Source: an uncultured bacterium (GTDB taxonomy: Bacteria; Krumholzibacteriota; Krumholzibacteriia; LZORAL124-64-63). From it: a DNA stretch of 64,000 bases. The stretch is from the NCBI GenBank assembly GCA_963727525.1, contig CAVSGO010000007.1:960001-1024000 (forward strand). Direction: 5' to 3'. Under the pieces are notes generated by a model. That model made no database searches. It saw nothing but the letters and a program-made list of their open reading frames with translations, and was not told where the DNA came from. The position numbers and the translations under genes were made by a program. This document shows, in pieces, positions 19,581 to 29,151 of this stretch; within the stretch, counting starts at the first letter, position 1, and each line of letters begins with the position of its first letter.

Positions 19581-20360
19581 CTACTGGAAGGCCGTGAGCA
19601 GCGATTTCACGATCAGGTACCAGCCGTCCACCATCACGAAGAGCAGGATCTTGAACGGCAGGCTGATCAGCACGGGCGGCAGCATCATCATGCCCATGGA
19701 CATGAGGACCGACGCCACGATCATATCGATGATCAAGAACGGGATGAAGAGCACGAAGCCCATCTGGAAAGCCGTACGCAACTCGCTGATGACGAAGCTC
19801 GGCACCACCACCAGCATCGGCAGATCGGTCGGTGACGCCGGCGCCTCGCGATTCGTGGTGTCGAGGAACAAGCCGATGTCCTTCTCGCGCGTCTGCGTGA
19901 GCATGAACTCCTTCAGCGGCGCCGACGCACGCTGCACGGCTTCCTGCTGACCGATCTCGTCGGCCAGGAAGGGCTGCAACGCGTCCTGGTTGATCTGCGT
20001 GAGCGTAGGCGACATGACCACCAGGGTCAGGAACAGGGCCAGACCGACGACGATCTGATTGTTCGGCGCCTGCTGCGTTCCGATCGCCTGGCGCAGGAAG
20101 CCCAGCACGATGACGATGCGGGTGAAGCTGGTCAGGAGTACCAGGAAGGCCGGCGCGAGCGAGAGCACCGTCATCAACAGGACGATCTTGATCGCCGTGT
20201 CAGTGCCCTGCGGCGAATCTATCCCGCCGACGGTGAATGTCAGCGGCTGGCCAGCCGCGGCTCCCGTGCTGGCGCCGCCGGCCGGCTGCGCCAGCGCGGG
20301 CGCAGCCAGACCCAAGACGATGACGAGGATCAGAATGACGGGACGGGACGGGATGAGCAT
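19581..20360 (-). CDS. fliP: Flagellar export protein FliP
   Basis: TSFTRIVIVL, MGMMMLPP, LPFKILLFVMVDGW. Confidence 0.97.
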   Translation of the reverse strand: MLIPSRPVILILVIVLGLAAPALAQPAGGASTGAAAGQPLTFTVGGIDSPQGTDTAIKIVLLMTVLSLAPAFLVLLTSFTRIVIVLGFLRQAIGTQQAPNNQIVVGLALFLTLVVMSPTLTQINQDALQPFLADEIGQQEAVQRASAPLKEFMLTQTREKDIGLFLDTTNREAPASPTDLPMLVVVPSFVISELRTAFQMGFVLFIPFLIIDMIVASVLMSMGMMMLPPVLISLPFKILLFVMVDGWYLIVKSLLTAFQ

Positions 20361-20402
20361 GGTGCCTCCGGCGCGGGTGCCACGACTGTTCCCCCGGCCG
20401 TC

Positions 20403-20417
20403 GCAACGGGCGTGCCA
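20403..20417 (-). promoter_or_regulatory. sigma54 promoter for fliPQR-flhBAF
   Basis: TGGCAC-GCCCG-TTGC, consensus -24/-12. Confidence 0.85.
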
Positions 20418-20543
20418 AAGCTCCGGTCCGTCGGGGCACGAACACCGTCGGTAAGTGCTTGCGGTATCGTTGCTTGAAGGATGCCACCGGGAGAGGGTGG
20501 CGGCAGGCCCCGACCGTGGCCGACCGGGTTCCAGGCAGGTTGC

Positions 20544-20849
20544 TCAGCTTCGGATCAGGCCAGCGCCGGCGGCCGCCGGCTGGGCCGCCTCCCAGCTCGC
20601 GAGCGGCTCGCTGCGCAGCAGCACCAGCCCGGTGTCGGCCTTGTAGAGGTAGTGCACCTCGTCGTGCAGACGGACGACCTGGATCTCCCGGCGCGGCGCC
20701 ACGGGCCATACCGCGAGCAGCCCCGCCTTGCCTCCGCCCACGCGACGAGACAGCCGGCCGAGGAACTTCAGGGCGACGATGAGCAGCGCGAATACCACCA
20801 CCAGCGCACCCGTCACCTGCCACCAGGAGGCGAGACCGTGGCTCATCAC
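20544..20849 (-). CDS. fliO: FliO (short)
   Basis: One TM plus short beta domain, located between fliN and fliP. Confidence 0.75.
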   Translation of the reverse strand: MMSHGLASWWQVTGALVVVFALLIVALKFLGRLSRRVGGGKAGLLAVWPVAPRREIQVVRLHDEVHYLYKADTGLVLLRSEPLASWEAAQPAAAGAGLIRS

Positions 20850-21202
20850 AGCACCCGCTTGAGACGTTCGACCCGGTTCAGCAGCTTCGTGATCCGCACC
20901 GCGAAATGGTCGTCGATCACCACCACCTCGCCGGTCGCGAGGAGGGAGCCGTTGACGAGGATGTCGACGGGTTCGCTCGTGAGCTTGGACAGCTCCACCA
21001 CCGAACCCGTGGTCAGGTTGAGCACGTCGCGGAACTTGAGACGTGCGCGGCCAAGCTCGACGGCGACCTTCAGATTCACGTCCAACAGAAGGTCGAGATT
21101 GCCCCCGGCCGCCGCCTCGCTCGCGAGCTCTTCCAGGCTCGTGGCAGCGTTCGTGGCGTCTGGGGTCGGGGATTTCGTGTCGGTGTTGCCCACGGTGGCC
21201 AT
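20846..21202 (-). CDS. fliN: C-ring protein FliN
   Basis: NLDLLLDV.LKVAVELG, GEVVVIDDHFAVRI. Confidence 0.95.
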   Translation of the reverse strand: MATVGNTDTKSPTPDATNAATSLEELASEAAAGGNLDLLLDVNLKVAVELGRARLKFRDVLNLTTGSVVELSKLTSEPVDILVNGSLLATGEVVVIDDHFAVRITKLLNRVERLKRVL

Positions 21203-21203
21203 G

Positions 21204-22244
21204 CTATTCCTCCAGAAGCTTGTGGATCAGCTTCACGGCGCGATTCTGATTGATGCGTCCGGCCTCGGCCAGGAACACGTCCTTGCCCTCCACCTTCACG
21301 GTGAGGGGGCTGGCGACCGCTTGCGGCAAATGCAGCAGGTCGCCCTCCTGGAGCTCGAGCACCTTGTCGAGGGTCGTCTCCAGCTCCCCGAGCACGACCA
21401 CGACCTCGCTGGTCGTGCCCTGGATCATCTCCAGGATCTGCTTGCGGTCCTGGGTGACCTCCTTTGGCGAGCGCAGCTCGAGCGTCTCCTCGGGATCGAA
21501 GATGTGCCGCACCGGCCCGAAGGCCGGCAACGGGATGCAGAGGTTCATGAGTCCCTCGACCGTCTCCAGCTTGATCTGGAAGCGGACACTGACCATCGAC
21601 TCCGTGGTCGGCAAGCCGGTGAGGTAGTTCGGGTTGTTCTCGAGACCCACGAATTCCGGCCGCACCTCGAGCAGGCGACTCGCGGCGTTGCGCAGCAGCT
21701 CGTTGATGCGCGACACGAAGCCCGCGAAGATTGCGCGCTCGATCTCGGTGAAGCTACGCAACCGATCCTCGGGGTCGGGGCGCCCGCCCATGAGCTTCTT
21801 GATGATCACGAAGCACACGCCCAGATCCAGATGGATGAGCGAGTGCCCGTTCAGCGGGCGCATGGTGATCGTCGCCGCGCAGGTGGGGTTGGGCATGTCC
21901 TTCAGGTATTCCTGGAACGTGCTGAGCTGCACGCCCCGGTACTCGACCACCGTGCTCGTACGCAGCAGATTGGTCAGCGAGATCGTCCCCAGGCGGGCGA
22001 CCTGCTCGGCGAGGTTTTGCAAGTTCTGCTCGAATATGCGCGAGATCTTGTGCGGACGGTTGAAATCGTAGGCGCTGGGGCCAGCCGGCCCGTCATCGTC
22101 GGAGCGCGCGTTGAGCACCTGCTCGAGGTCGAGGCCGAGATCGGCCCCGCTGCCACGCTCGAGGGTCTCGGCCTGGTCGAGCGCGGCGTCGAGATCCAGG
22201 TCGTCCAGGAGATCGGTGCTCGCGTCGTCGATGTCGTTGGCCAC
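21204..22244 (-). CDS. fliM: C-ring protein FliM (atypical N-terminus)
   Basis: YDFNRP, LMGG, FTEIE, C-terminal SPOA domain. Confidence 0.93.
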   Translation of the reverse strand: MANDIDDASTDLLDDLDLDAALDQAETLERGSGADLGLDLEQVLNARSDDDGPAGPSAYDFNRPHKISRIFEQNLQNLAEQVARLGTISLTNLLRTSTVVEYRGVQLSTFQEYLKDMPNPTCAATITMRPLNGHSLIHLDLGVCFVIIKKLMGGRPDPEDRLRSFTEIERAIFAGFVSRINELLRNAASRLLEVRPEFVGLENNPNYLTGLPTTESMVSVRFQIKLETVEGLMNLCIPLPAFGPVRHIFDPEETLELRSPKEVTQDRKQILEMIQGTTSEVVVVLGELETTLDKVLELQEGDLLHLPQAVASPLTVKVEGKDVFLAEAGRINQNRAVKLIHKLLEE

Positions 22245-22291
22245 TGCTGCCGTCCCGTCGTCTGGAGCGTGTCGCCTACCAGATAGCGTAT

Positions 22292-22816
22292 CTACTGGAT
22301 CACGAGGTCTGAGAAATAGATGTCCTTGAGCGTGTCGGGCGGCAGCTTCTCGGCGAGACGCCGCGAGAGGTCGTCACGCAGTCCCTTCTTGCCCTCCGGC
22401 GTGATGAGCTGCGCCGCCGACCGCTGTGAGATCGCCATGATCAGGGCGTCGCGCAGCATCGGCAGGCGCGCCGTCACCAGGGCAGCGGTGGCCTGGTCCA
22501 CCACCTCCAGATCGACCGTGGTGCGCAGATAACGAGCAGCGGGTCCGTCGCCTTGCAGGGTGACGATGACCTCGTTCAGGCTCACGAGCACGCCGATGTC
22601 CTCGCCCTTGGCCAGCGTGCTCGCGGCCTTGCTGTCCATGTCGGCCGCTCGGGTGCCCAGCTTCGGCATGATGACGAACTGGGTGATCCCGATCGCCAGG
22701 ATCGCCTGCAGCACCACCATGGCGCCGAGCAGGACCACCTTGTTCTCGAGGATGGCGGGCTTATTCTGCGCCGCGCTCCCGGTGGGCTCCGCCTGTTCGT
22801 TCTTCGCGTCGGCCAT
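22292..22816 (-). CDS. fliL: FliL
   Basis: TM helix, RYL, P.LRD, IYFSDLVIQ. Confidence 0.92.
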   Translation of the reverse strand: MADAKNEQAEPTGSAAQNKPAILENKVVLLGAMVVLQAILAIGITQFVIMPKLGTRAADMDSKAASTLAKGEDIGVLVSLNEVIVTLQGDGPAARYLRTTVDLEVVDQATAALVTARLPMLRDALIMAISQRSAAQLITPEGKKGLRDDLSRRLAEKLPPDTLKDIYFSDLVIQ

Positions 22817-22825
22817 GCCTGCTCC

Positions 22826-23635
22826 TCATTTCGCGGTCGTGCCGCGTAGCATCGTCGTGATCGGTAGCAGGGGTGGTGCCACCCCGGCCTCGGGAATCAC
22901 GGCCTCGCTGAGTGGTTTCGCTCCGTGGACCGGTCGATTCCGTTCCACTTTCAGGTGGATCTCCACCCTTCGGTTCCGCGCCCGCCCCTCGGGCGTGGCG
23001 TTGTCGGCCAGCGGATGGAATTCCCCGTAACCGACGGCCGCCAATCGCTCTGACGGCACACCGTGCTCTTGAAAGTATCGTGCCACGGACACGGCACGGG
23101 CCGCGGAAAGGTCCCAGTTCGAGGGGAATCGCACCGAGCGGATCGGCAAGGGGTCGGTGTGCCCTTCCACGCGGATCTCGTTCGGGAATTTGCGCAGGAA
23201 GCTGGCGAGTTTATCCAGCAACACGGCGCTGCTGGGCTGCAGCGACGCCTGCCCCCGCGCGAAGAACACCGGCGCATCCACGCGGAACGTCACACCGTCG
23301 GGGGTGACAGCCACCTGCACCTGGTCCTGCATATTCTGGTCGAGGAGCGCCATCTCCAGCTCGCGTACCTCGTAGAGGAGGTCGTCGCTGTCGCCGAAAT
23401 CGTTCTTCGGCACGAGGGGGCGGTTGAAATCGATGACGGAGTTCGGCTGCACGAGCACGCCAAAGGCCTGGCGCAGCGAGTTGGCCGCCTCCTTGAATTT
23501 GGCTTCCTGCATCGACGAGAAGCTCACGATGAGCACGAAGAACGTCAGCAGCAGGCTCATCATGTCCCCATACGTCATGACCCAGATATCCAGGCCCTTC
23601 TTGATGACGATGGGGCGCTTGTTCTTGTCACTCAT
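22826..23635 (-). CDS. motB: Stator B subunit (MotB/PomB)
   Basis: WVMTYGDMMSLLLTFFVL; OmpA domain EGHTD, NWDLSAARA, NRRVEI. Confidence 0.95.
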   Translation of the reverse strand: MSDKNKRPIVIKKGLDIWVMTYGDMMSLLLTFFVLIVSFSSMQEAKFKEAANSLRQAFGVLVQPNSVIDFNRPLVPKNDFGDSDDLLYEVRELEMALLDQNMQDQVQVAVTPDGVTFRVDAPVFFARGQASLQPSSAVLLDKLASFLRKFPNEIRVEGHTDPLPIRSVRFPSNWDLSAARAVSVARYFQEHGVPSERLAAVGYGEFHPLADNATPEGRARNRRVEIHLKVERNRPVHGAKPLSEAVIPEAGVAPPLLPITTMLRGTTAK

Positions 23636-23671
23636 GCCGGACCCCGGACGGCCACGACCGGGTGCGCCGGC

Positions 23672-24454
23672 CTAGGCCGCCTTCTGCTTGGCGTTCTCGA
23701 TCTTCTGGCGGACCTTCGGCGAGAGGAAGCTCTTGAGCTTCTCCTCGACGATGCGTGGCGAGTCGCCGCTCTGGATGGCCATGATGCCGTCGATGATCAT
23801 CTCCTTGACCAGCGTCTCCTCCGCCGACCGCGCCTCGAGCTTGGCGGCCAGGGGCAGAAACACCGCATTGGCCAGGAGGGCCCCATAGAAGGTCGTGATC
23901 AGGGCCGTGGCCATGCCGGCGCCGATCGAGCTGGGATCCTCGAGGGCGGCGAGCATGTTGATCAGACCGATCAGCGTTCCGATCATGCCGAATGCTGGAG
24001 CGTACGTGCCACCGGTCTCCAGAACGGCCTTGCCGTCCTTGTGCCTGGCCTCCACCTGCCCCAGATCGGTCTCGAGGATCTTCTCCAGGAGCTGGGGATC
24101 GGTGCCATCGACGGCCAGGCGCAGACCCTTGCGCAGGAAATCGTCGGGCTCGTTTTCCGACTCCTCCTCCAGCGCGAGCATGCCCTCGCGGCGGGCCCGC
24201 TCGGCGTAACCCACCATCTTGGAGATCACGGCGTCGGGATTCTGGCTCTTGGTGACGAACGAGTTCTTGATGACGTTCATCACCCCCAGCACACGTTGGA
24301 GGGGGTAACAGATGAAGATGACGGCGATCGTGCCGCCGATGACGATGGCCACCGAGGGGCCGTCGTAGAACTGGCTGAGCGAGCCACCCAGCAGGATGCC
24401 CCACACGACCAGTGCGAACGCGGCAACGATTCCTCCGATGGTGGCGATGTCCAC
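23672..24454 (-). CDS. motA: Stator A subunit (MotA/PomA)
   Basis: GTG start (DIATIGG); ARREGMLALE, APAFGMIGTLIGL, ALITTFYG. Confidence 0.95.
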   Translation of the reverse strand: MDIATIGGIVAAFALVVWGILLGGSLSQFYDGPSVAIVIGGTIAVIFICYPLQRVLGVMNVIKNSFVTKSQNPDAVISKMVGYAERARREGMLALEEESENEPDDFLRKGLRLAVDGTDPQLLEKILETDLGQVEARHKDGKAVLETGGTYAPAFGMIGTLIGLINMLAALEDPSSIGAGMATALITTFYGALLANAVFLPLAAKLEARSAEETLVKEMIIDGIMAIQSGDSPRIVEEKLKSFLSPKVRQKIENAKQKAA

Positions 24455-24491
24455 GGCGTTCCTCTCGGGACCTGGCAACCCGCCGAGCGGG

Positions 24492-24716
24492 TCAGCCCTC
24501 GAAGACCGAGCCCGTACCGCCGGTGGGGATCGGGTAGATCCGGGCCCGGCTGCGGTAACTGACGGCTCGCTTCACAACCTCGTCCAACTCTTCCAGTACC
24601 ATAATCTTACGGCCGGTGGTCAGGCTGATCAGCGTGTCAGGCGTACTCTCGACGAACTCGATCAGGTCGGCGTTGACCACCAGTTCCCTGCCATTTAGTT
24701 TCGTGACTTTGATCAT
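24492..24716 (-). CDS. flbD: FlbD/SwrD family flagellar protein
   Basis: MIKVTKLNG..LVVNADLIEFVESTPDT. Confidence 0.93.
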   Translation of the reverse strand: MIKVTKLNGRELVVNADLIEFVESTPDTLISLTTGRKIMVLEELDEVVKRAVSYRSRARIYPIPTGGTGSVFEG

Positions 24717-24740
24717 GGACTTTAGCTCCCTCGCTGCGGC

Positions 24741-24768
24741 GTCCGGGCGGCAGGTGCACCGCCCGGAC
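24741..24768 (-). terminator. Intra-operon hairpin after flgE
   Basis: GTCCGGGCGG-N8-CCGCCCGGAC, 10-bp stem without a U-tract. Confidence 0.5.
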
Positions 24769-24785
24769 ACACGCCGTCGCCGCCG

Positions 24786-26834
24786 CTACCTCACGAGATT
24801 CACGAGCTCCTGCATGAGGGTGTCCGCCGACGTCACCACACGGCTGTTCGCCTGGAAGGCGCGCTGTGCGATGACCAGGCGCGTGAACTCCTTGGCGAGG
24901 TCCACGTTGCTCGTCTCCAGCGCGCCCGGCGTGAGCGTCACGCCGTTGCCGTCGCCGGCGAAGACCAGGTTCGGTTCGCCGGAGTTGCCGCTCGTGCTGT
25001 AGGTGTTATTGGCCTCGCGCAGCAGACCGCCATCGTTCGCGAACTGGGCGACGGCGACCCGGGCCAGGTCGCGCATCGTGTCGTTGGAGAAGCGGCCCAC
25101 GATCGTACCTGTCTGATCGATCTCGAAATCCACGAGCTGGCCGGCCGTGTAGCCGTCCGCGATCGACTGCAGGTGGCCGGTGCCCTCGAACTGCGTCAGC
25201 CCATTCAGACCGCCCACGTCGCCGAGGTCGAGGGCCAGGGTCACGATGTCCGCACCCTCGCTGCCGTTGGGCTGCGGCTGGAAGGTGAGCGCCGAGGCGC
25301 CACCGTCATAGGTGAAGCTGGAGAGGGCCCCGTTCTCATCGAAGCTCACGCGGCCGCTGTTGCCTTCCAGCATCACCTCGTCGCCCTCGGTCTCCGCCTG
25401 CCATACCCACTCATTCCGATCGGGCACCTTCTCGAAGGTGAACGTCACGGTGTGCTGACCGCCGAGGGAGTCGTATGCGGTGGTGGAGAGGGTGAAATCG
25501 GTCTGGTCGCGTGCCTGCTGCGTCGGGCTGAATCCGAAGGCCGTGCGCACGGTCGTGTTGTCGGCGCCGTCCTCCATGATCTGCACGCCGCTGAGCGCAC
25601 TTGCAAGTCCCACCTCGCCGCGCAGGATGACGGTGCCGGTATCGCTGATCTCCACCGGGTTCGAGCTCAGACCCAGCGTCTGGCCGATCTCCGTCATGAG
25701 CGTGTCGAGGGTGGTGCCACTGGTCACCGAGAGGTTGTTGTTCGGCACCGACGTGCCGCCGGTCGAGCCGGAGATGACGAGCACCGCCGAACCGCTCGAG
25801 AAGTCGATGCCAAGCTCGTTGCCGCCGGACGTGTAGAGGGTCCCGAGGGTGTCGGTGCCGTCGGCGTAGGCCCGCAGCTCGCCGCTGTCGCCGTTGGCGG
25901 TGGTGCCGGTCGTACCGGCGGTGATGGTGCTGTCGAAGACGAAGTTCGCATTGAAGTTCGGCTTGTTCTGGCTGGAGAGGTGCAGATTCGTCACGTCCAG
26001 CCCCGTCCCGTTGTTCACGTTCAACTCGCCGTTGGCGCCGATAGCGAACGTGAGGTTGGGAACCCCGCCGTTCAACGCGTCGACCATGTCCTGATAGGTC
26101 GATCCGGACGTGACGGTGAAGGTGACGGGCGGACTGATCGACACTCCGCCGATCTGTCCGGAGAGCGTGATCGAGTTGCCCGGAACGAGGCCCAGGCTCG
26201 AAGTGCTCTGGGCGCTCATCGCGGTCAACAGATCCGTGCCTGCGGCCGGCGCGTAGAACGACGGCGACTCCATCACCGTGCCCGTGGCGTCGGAGTTGGA
26301 ATCGAGGTTGCCGATCAGCTGCACCTCGCTCGAGGCCGCGGCCGGCACCACGGTGCCCGGATCGATGAAGATGTCCGAGATCGGACCGGTGCCCACCACA
26401 CCGTCCGCGTTGGCCATCACGCCCTGCACGCGCATTCCGGTGGACGGGTTCACGAAGTAGTTATCCGAATCGAGACCGAAGACGCCCGCGCGCGTGTAGC
26501 TGTTGCTCTGGCCATTGCTGAGGATGAAGAAGCCGGCCCCCTGGATCGACAGGTCGGTCTTGATACCCGTCGTCTGGAAATTGCCCTGGCTGAAGTTGCT
26601 ATCGATGCTGCCGACCCGGGCGCCGAGCCCGATCTGCTGCGGATTCGTGCCGCCGAGGCCACCGGACATGGGACGACTGGCCGAGCGGATCGTCTGGGTG
26701 AGCATCTCGTTGAATGTGACGCGGCCGGTCTTGAAGCCGATCGTGTTGCTGTTGGCGATGTTGTTGCCGATCACGTCGAGTTCGGTCATGTTGGCCGACA
26801 TGCCGGACACCGCGGAGTACAGCGACTTGAACAT
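24786..26834 (-). CDS. flgE: Hook protein FlgE (682 aa, large insertion)
   Basis: IGNNIANSNTIGFK, TRAG.F, LETSNVDLAKEFT.L..AQRAFQAN. Confidence 0.96.
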   Translation of the reverse strand: MFKSLYSAVSGMSANMTELDVIGNNIANSNTIGFKTGRVTFNEMLTQTIRSASRPMSGGLGGTNPQQIGLGARVGSIDSNFSQGNFQTTGIKTDLSIQGAGFFILSNGQSNSYTRAGVFGLDSDNYFVNPSTGMRVQGVMANADGVVGTGPISDIFIDPGTVVPAAASSEVQLIGNLDSNSDATGTVMESPSFYAPAAGTDLLTAMSAQSTSSLGLVPGNSITLSGQIGGVSISPPVTFTVTSGSTYQDMVDALNGGVPNLTFAIGANGELNVNNGTGLDVTNLHLSSQNKPNFNANFVFDSTITAGTTGTTANGDSGELRAYADGTDTLGTLYTSGGNELGIDFSSGSAVLVISGSTGGTSVPNNNLSVTSGTTLDTLMTEIGQTLGLSSNPVEISDTGTVILRGEVGLASALSGVQIMEDGADNTTVRTAFGFSPTQQARDQTDFTLSTTAYDSLGGQHTVTFTFEKVPDRNEWVWQAETEGDEVMLEGNSGRVSFDENGALSSFTYDGGASALTFQPQPNGSEGADIVTLALDLGDVGGLNGLTQFEGTGHLQSIADGYTAGQLVDFEIDQTGTIVGRFSNDTMRDLARVAVAQFANDGGLLREANNTYSTSGNSGEPNLVFAGDGNGVTLTPGALETSNVDLAKEFTRLVIAQRAFQANSRVVTSADTLMQELVNLVR

Positions 26835-26885
26835 GGGAGCCTCCTTGTGCTCTTGCTTGCGGCCGCGAACGGCCGGTAGGGGTCG

Positions 26886-27536
26886 TCAACTGATCTGGTA
26901 GATATCGGCGACGTTGTAGTCGTGTCCGAAGACGGTGACCACCGCGGCGTTGTTCTCGTAGCGCAGTCCCTGCACGGCCCCAGTCATGAGCACCGTGGCG
27001 TCGACGGAGGAGCCCGCAGTATCGTTCACGGTGACGCGCACGCTGTACTCGCCGTCTTCCGCCTGCGCGTCGCCATCCAGTTTGCCGTCCCAGGTGATGG
27101 TGTTCAGACCGGCGGCGACGTCCTTGGTGTAGGTGCGGACGACCTCGCCGCTGGCGTCGAGGACCTCGATCGTCGCCGTGCCGGCACCGGTCGCGTTGAG
27201 CATGCTGGTCGACGCCGTCTTGTCGGTCACGTCCACGCGATCGCCCTCCACCGTGACATCGCGGCCCACGAGGGCGAGCATCGCCGTGTTGTTGATCGCC
27301 TGCGACATGAGGACCTGGTTGTCGAGCTTGTCGCCCAGCGAGGTGATCTGCTGCAATGTCGAGAACTGCGCGATCTGCGAGGTGAACTCGGCATTGTCCA
27401 TGGGCGACAGTGGGTCCTGGTTCTGGATCTGGGTCACCAGCAGATTCATGAAATCGATCTCCGACATCGAGCTACTGTTGTGCTCGGTTCCACCGACGAT
27501 GGGCGTCGTGCTGTTCTGGACGCTGGAAACAGCCAT
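26886..27536 (-). CDS. flgD: Hook cap FlgD
   Basis: FMNLLVTQIQNQDPLSPMDN, WDGK. Confidence 0.96.
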   Translation of the reverse strand: MAVSSVQNSTTPIVGGTEHNSSSMSEIDFMNLLVTQIQNQDPLSPMDNAEFTSQIAQFSTLQQITSLGDKLDNQVLMSQAINNTAMLALVGRDVTVEGDRVDVTDKTASTSMLNATGAGTATIEVLDASGEVVRTYTKDVAAGLNTITWDGKLDGDAQAEDGEYSVRVTVNDTAGSSVDATVLMTGAVQGLRYENNAAVVTVFGHDYNVADIYQIS

Positions 27537-27549
27537 CGGTCACCTCCCG

Positions 27550-29151
27550 CTATGCAGCACCCTGCTGCTGCCTGAAACCCTCGTCGAACTGACGTCTGCC
27601 GTCCTGCCTGGCGTGATCGTGGCCGCCGCCGTCCGGGGATGACTCGTCGTGCGCACGATCTCCCTGACGCTGCTGGCGCTCGTCCCGGTTGGCATCCGGG
27701 CGCTCGTGCCGAACCTCGACCTGGTGCCAGCGTCCCCCACCGCCGCCGAGGACAGCCGCTGCGAGTTCCCTGGTACCCTCGCCGAGCGCCTTCTCGGCCT
27801 CGGCCGAGTGCGCGGTGAACACGATCTCGAGCTTCTGACCGTCGGCCTGCAGCCGCACCTCGATGGGGCCCAGGTGGGCGGGATCCAGGTGCAGCACCAT
27901 GCGCTCGTGGCCTGTGGAGCCGAGTTCCTGTCCCAGCAACTGCGTGAGCACCTGTCCGCGGATGGCTCCCGGATCGGGCACCGACGAGTCGCCCGTCTGG
28001 CCCGAGCCTCCTTGCGCGTGCGCGTGCGGCGCGCCGGCCCTCGCCAGCGCGATCCTCTCCCCGGCCAGCGCCGCCGAGGCATCCGCCAGGGCGGTGGCTG
28101 CGGTCGCGGCCTCCGTCGGTCCGGCCGTGTTGGCCTCCCGGGGCGTGTCCCCCCCGGTCGACGCGCTTGCCTCGTGCGCCGCGTCCCGCGCGGGGACCTG
28201 CGGGTCCCGCGCCGCAGCCTCGGGTGTCGCCCCGTCTGCGGACCCCGACTCGCCCCCGTCGCCCGTGGTCGCCTGGCCGGACGTTTCGTCGGTCGTCGGC
28301 GTGGCGGATGCGGCGACGGCCGACGACCATGCGGGCGCTGCCGGTCGGCCGGCGGGCGGAGGTGCATACGAGCCGGCCACCGCGGTGCCCACGGGATTGG
28401 TCCCCAGGTCGCTCCCGACGGCAGCGTGGTGCCCGCCCGCGTGCGCGTCCGTCGCGCCCTCCACCACGATTCCCGATTGAGGCGTCGCGGCGGGCTTGGC
28501 CGGATGCGCGGGCATGGCCATGGCCGCCGCGCTCGCGAAACCGAGCGTCGCGGATGCCGGTGCAGTGGGTGCCGGTGGGGTCGGCGTTGCGGATGCCGGT
28601 GCAATGGTCGCAGGTGGGGTCGGCGTCGCGCATGCCGCCAGGCTCGGACCCATGGCCACCGGACGGCCCCCGGGAGCCGCGGGCGTGGCGTGGTTCTCGG
28701 TCGACGGCGACGCTGCCGCGATGCGAGACAGGGGCGCGGCGAGGGTCGTCACGGTCGCCAGCGAAGCTGGTTCGGCACCATCTTCGGCGACGGCCTCTCG
28801 TGGCCCGTCGGACGCGACGGTCGGGGTACTCGGCGTCGTCAGGGCCGCCAGCATGCCGAGCAAGCCAGCCGGCAACCCGGCGATCGCGGGTGTGTCGGCC
28901 GACGCGGCAGCGGGCGACCTGGGCGTGTCGCCTGCTTCCGGGTCCGCCGAGGGCGTGGCGCTCGTATTGCCGGCGCCGGACACCGTCGGCGTCGGCGTCG
29001 GGGCCACGGCCTGCGCGAGCGCCGTCGCGAATGCGAGGTTCGCCGCGGCGGCCGCGTCGCTGGCCGGCGAACCGGCCGCCGGGGCGGCGGGGCGCGCCGT
29101 GCCCGTCGTGGAGACCGCCGGGAGGTTCAGAGCTGTGCCTGCGCTTGCCAC
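27550..29151 (-). CDS. fliK: Hook-length control protein FliK
   Basis: Ala/Pro/Thr-rich body, C-terminal LHLDPAHLGPIEV motif, upstream of flgD. Confidence 0.88.
   Translation of the reverse strand: MASAGTALNLPAVSTTGTARPAAPAAGSPASDAAAAANLAFATALAQAVAPTPTPTVSGAGNTSATPSADPEAGDTPRSPAAASADTPAIAGLPAGLLGMLAALTTPSTPTVASDGPREAVAEDGAEPASLATVTTLAAPLSRIAAASPSTENHATPAAPGGRPVAMGPSLAACATPTPPATIAPASATPTPPAPTAPASATLGFASAAAMAMPAHPAKPAATPQSGIVVEGATDAHAGGHHAAVGSDLGTNPVGTAVAGSYAPPPAGRPAAPAWSSAVAASATPTTDETSGQATTGDGGESGSADGATPEAAARDPQVPARDAAHEASASTGGDTPREANTAGPTEAATAATALADASAALAGERIALARAGAPHAHAQGGSGQTGDSSVPDPGAIRGQVLTQLLGQELGSTGHERMVLHLDPAHLGPIEVRLQADGQKLEIVFTAHSAEAEKALGEGTRELAAAVLGGGGGRWHQVEVRHERPDANRDERQQRQGDRAHDESSPDGGGHDHARQDGRRQFDEGFRQQQGAA
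28545..28630. repeat. 39-bp in-frame tandem repeat (about 2.2 copies) in fliK
   Basis: Encodes PTPPATIAPASAT / PTPPAPTAPASAT. Confidence 0.75.

Noticed and set aside
24786-26834. Spirochaete-type lysinoalanine hook cross-link
   Set aside because: This FlgE contains no Cys
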